From contig NW_021826620.1 in assembly GCF_006345805.1 (NCBI RefSeq), positions 1 through 12,312 of the forward strand: a stretch of DNA of 12,312 bases, written 5' to 3'. A program made the position numbers and the translations under genes. The stretch comes from Octopus sinensis (Eukaryota). This document shows, in pieces, positions 10,917 to 12,312 of the stretch (position 1 is the stretch's first letter; every line of letters begins with the position of its first letter). The notes under the pieces are model-generated. The model worked only from the letters and a program-made list of their open reading frames with translations. It had not been told where the DNA came from and did no database searches.

Positions 10917-11187
10917 TACCGTGCGGAAGCGGTGAATCTAACAAGAGCACGAGTTGTTGTTTATAGAAAGGAAAAAAAATATCATTTGTTGAGTCATACT
11001 GATGTCTTCTAAACAGGTGGTAATTCATGATGTGCATGCAGAAACAATAACGTTTCTATTCATTCTTAAAATGCTCAGGCAGATTCGAACGTGAATATAC
11101 TGGTTGCTATTGTAATACGTCATCTGACAACACTTTCTCCATTCAGTTGATATGTGTTCGTAGTACGCGATTCACCAGTGTAAGGGG

Positions 11188-11240
11188 ACTTTAAGACTCT
11201 GCGATGTTTCGACCTTGTTTTGTGTTTTCTCAGTCAAAGC
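11188..11240 (-). ncRNA. Type I hammerhead ribozyme (family D), copy 2, decayed
   Basis: GCUUUGA-CUGAGAA-AAC(ACAAAACAAG)GUC-GAAA-CA(UCGCAG)AG-UC^-UUAAAGU. Helix I kept by a double substitution; G8A and G10.1A changes. Confidence 0.62.
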
Positions 11241-11789
11241 TACCGTGTCGGAACGATGAATCTTACAAGACTACAAGCTGTTGTTTATAGAATTCAAGAA
11301 ACTATTTGCTGATACACGCTGATGTCCGCCAAACATATAATAATTCATGAGGTGTGTGCGGAACAGCGAGAATCTAAACAATAATGTTTCTGTTCATTCT
11401 CAATATGATCGTAATGTTTCTTAGAAAATTCTACATTACTATAATCAACGAGTTAACTTCCAGTAAGTTAATCTCGTCTAGTTAAACATCACTCACAATA
11501 GACATAAAAGCAATCAGTGAGTTGTATCAATCTGATGCAACCAGGTAAATTTTATTATTCAAGGAAGCAGATTATGCACACAGCTTTTGTTTTTTACAAT
11601 GGAAGAAGACTTACCGATTTAATGTAATTTGAATTTTAAATTTTAAGTATTATGTCCTAGATTGAATATTATCTTTGTACTTATCAACAGCCAAACATAG
11701 AAATAGATGTAATCAAGAATATTTTCATCCATTTATTGCTTGTTTCGTGTTTATACGGTCAACCGACCATAGAGACATATAAACAGACA

Positions 11790-11837
11790 CTAACATACGT
11801 ACACGCATATACACACATACACACATACATACACACA

Positions 11838-11911
<74 letters not shown>

Positions 11912-11945
11912 GTACATTCATACATATATATATAAAGATATATAG
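11790..11945. repeat. Compound (CATA)/(CA)/(TA)/(GA) microsatellites
   Basis: Direct reading. Confidence 0.92.
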
Positions 11946-11947
11946 AT

Positions 11948-12137
11948 ATTTCATTATTGCTCACAGGGGACTAAATATAGAGGAGACAAACAAAGACAGA
12001 CAAAGGGTCTAAGTCGATTACACCGACCCCAGTGCGTAAATGGTACTTATTTAATCGACCCCGACAGAACGTAACGGCAGACGAAATACCGCTAAGCATT
12101 TCGCCCGGCGTACTAATGTTTCTGCCAGCTCGCTGCG
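11948..12137 (-). mobile_element. tRNA-derived SINE with an internal deletion and a LINE-like 3' tail
   Basis: Minus strand: head GCAGCGAGCTGGCAGAAAC (A-box-like), body TCGGGGTCGATTAAATAAGTACCA...CTGGGGTCG, tail ...CCCCTGTGAGCAATAATGAAAT. No B-box visible (junction ~12065). Family recognition is partly from memory of octopus SINEs. Confidence 0.75.
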
Positions 12138-12139
12138 TT

Positions 12140-12240
12140 TATATATATACTATATATATATATATATATACACCCACACACCCACACGCACACACACACA
12201 TATATATATATATTATATATAATATTATATATATATATAT
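12140..12240. repeat. (TA)n/(CA)n microsatellites
   Basis: Direct reading. Confidence 0.93.
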
Positions 12241-12242
12241 CT

Positions 12243-12312
12243 ACACGCCGGGCTTTTTGCCTTTCCGGGTACCCCAAATCCGCTCACAAAAGCTTTGGTC
12301 GGCCCGAGGCTA
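12243..12312 (-). mobile_element. SINE fragment cut by the window edge
   Basis: CCAAATCCGCTCACAAAAGCTTTGGTCGGCCCGAGGCTA resembles an abundant octopus tRNA-SINE body (memory-based). Confidence 0.55.

Larger units (their letters stand above)
10591..11410 (-). repeat. Diverged tandem array of ~2.5 units (period 324-337 nt) carrying hammerhead ribozymes (retrozyme-like)
   Basis: CGRTGAA anchors at 10593, 10930 and 11254. CCRGTGTAAGGGGACTTT at 10851 and 11175. CAGCGASAATCTAAACAA at 10704 and 11364. Confidence 0.88.

Noticed and set aside
10591-11410. 324-nt repeat as a protein-domain repeat such as cadherin
   Set aside because: The frames examined contain stops and no recognisable domain motifs; a hammerhead fold explains the best-conserved block. 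A few apparent synonymous changes in one minus frame are not enough.

Overview
AT-rich, microsatellite-dense eukaryotic non-genic DNA. The repeat families resemble octopus/cephalopod repeats as I recall them (inference, not checked). No intact host gene is visible, and most ORFs in the track are simple-repeat artefacts. The window holds: (1) a decayed, 5'-truncated L1/Tx1-type LINE (ORF2 RT C-terminus, CCHC knuckle, 3'UTR; ~1880-3539, +) and an inverted 3'UTR-only copy (1371-1779, -), both ending in (TATC)n; (2) a Penelope-like element 3' end with a GIY-YIG C-terminus (5531-6306, -) and two related short copies (6921-7168, 9680-9868); (3) an internally deleted Tc1/mariner (maT-like) transposon (~7333-8166); (4) SINE fragments, one of which shares its 3' tail with the Tx1-type LINE; (5) seven hammerhead-ribozyme-like motifs in four sequence families. 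Two of these sit 324 nt apart in a diverged tandem array (10591-11410) that looks like a retrozyme/circRNA-type unit.
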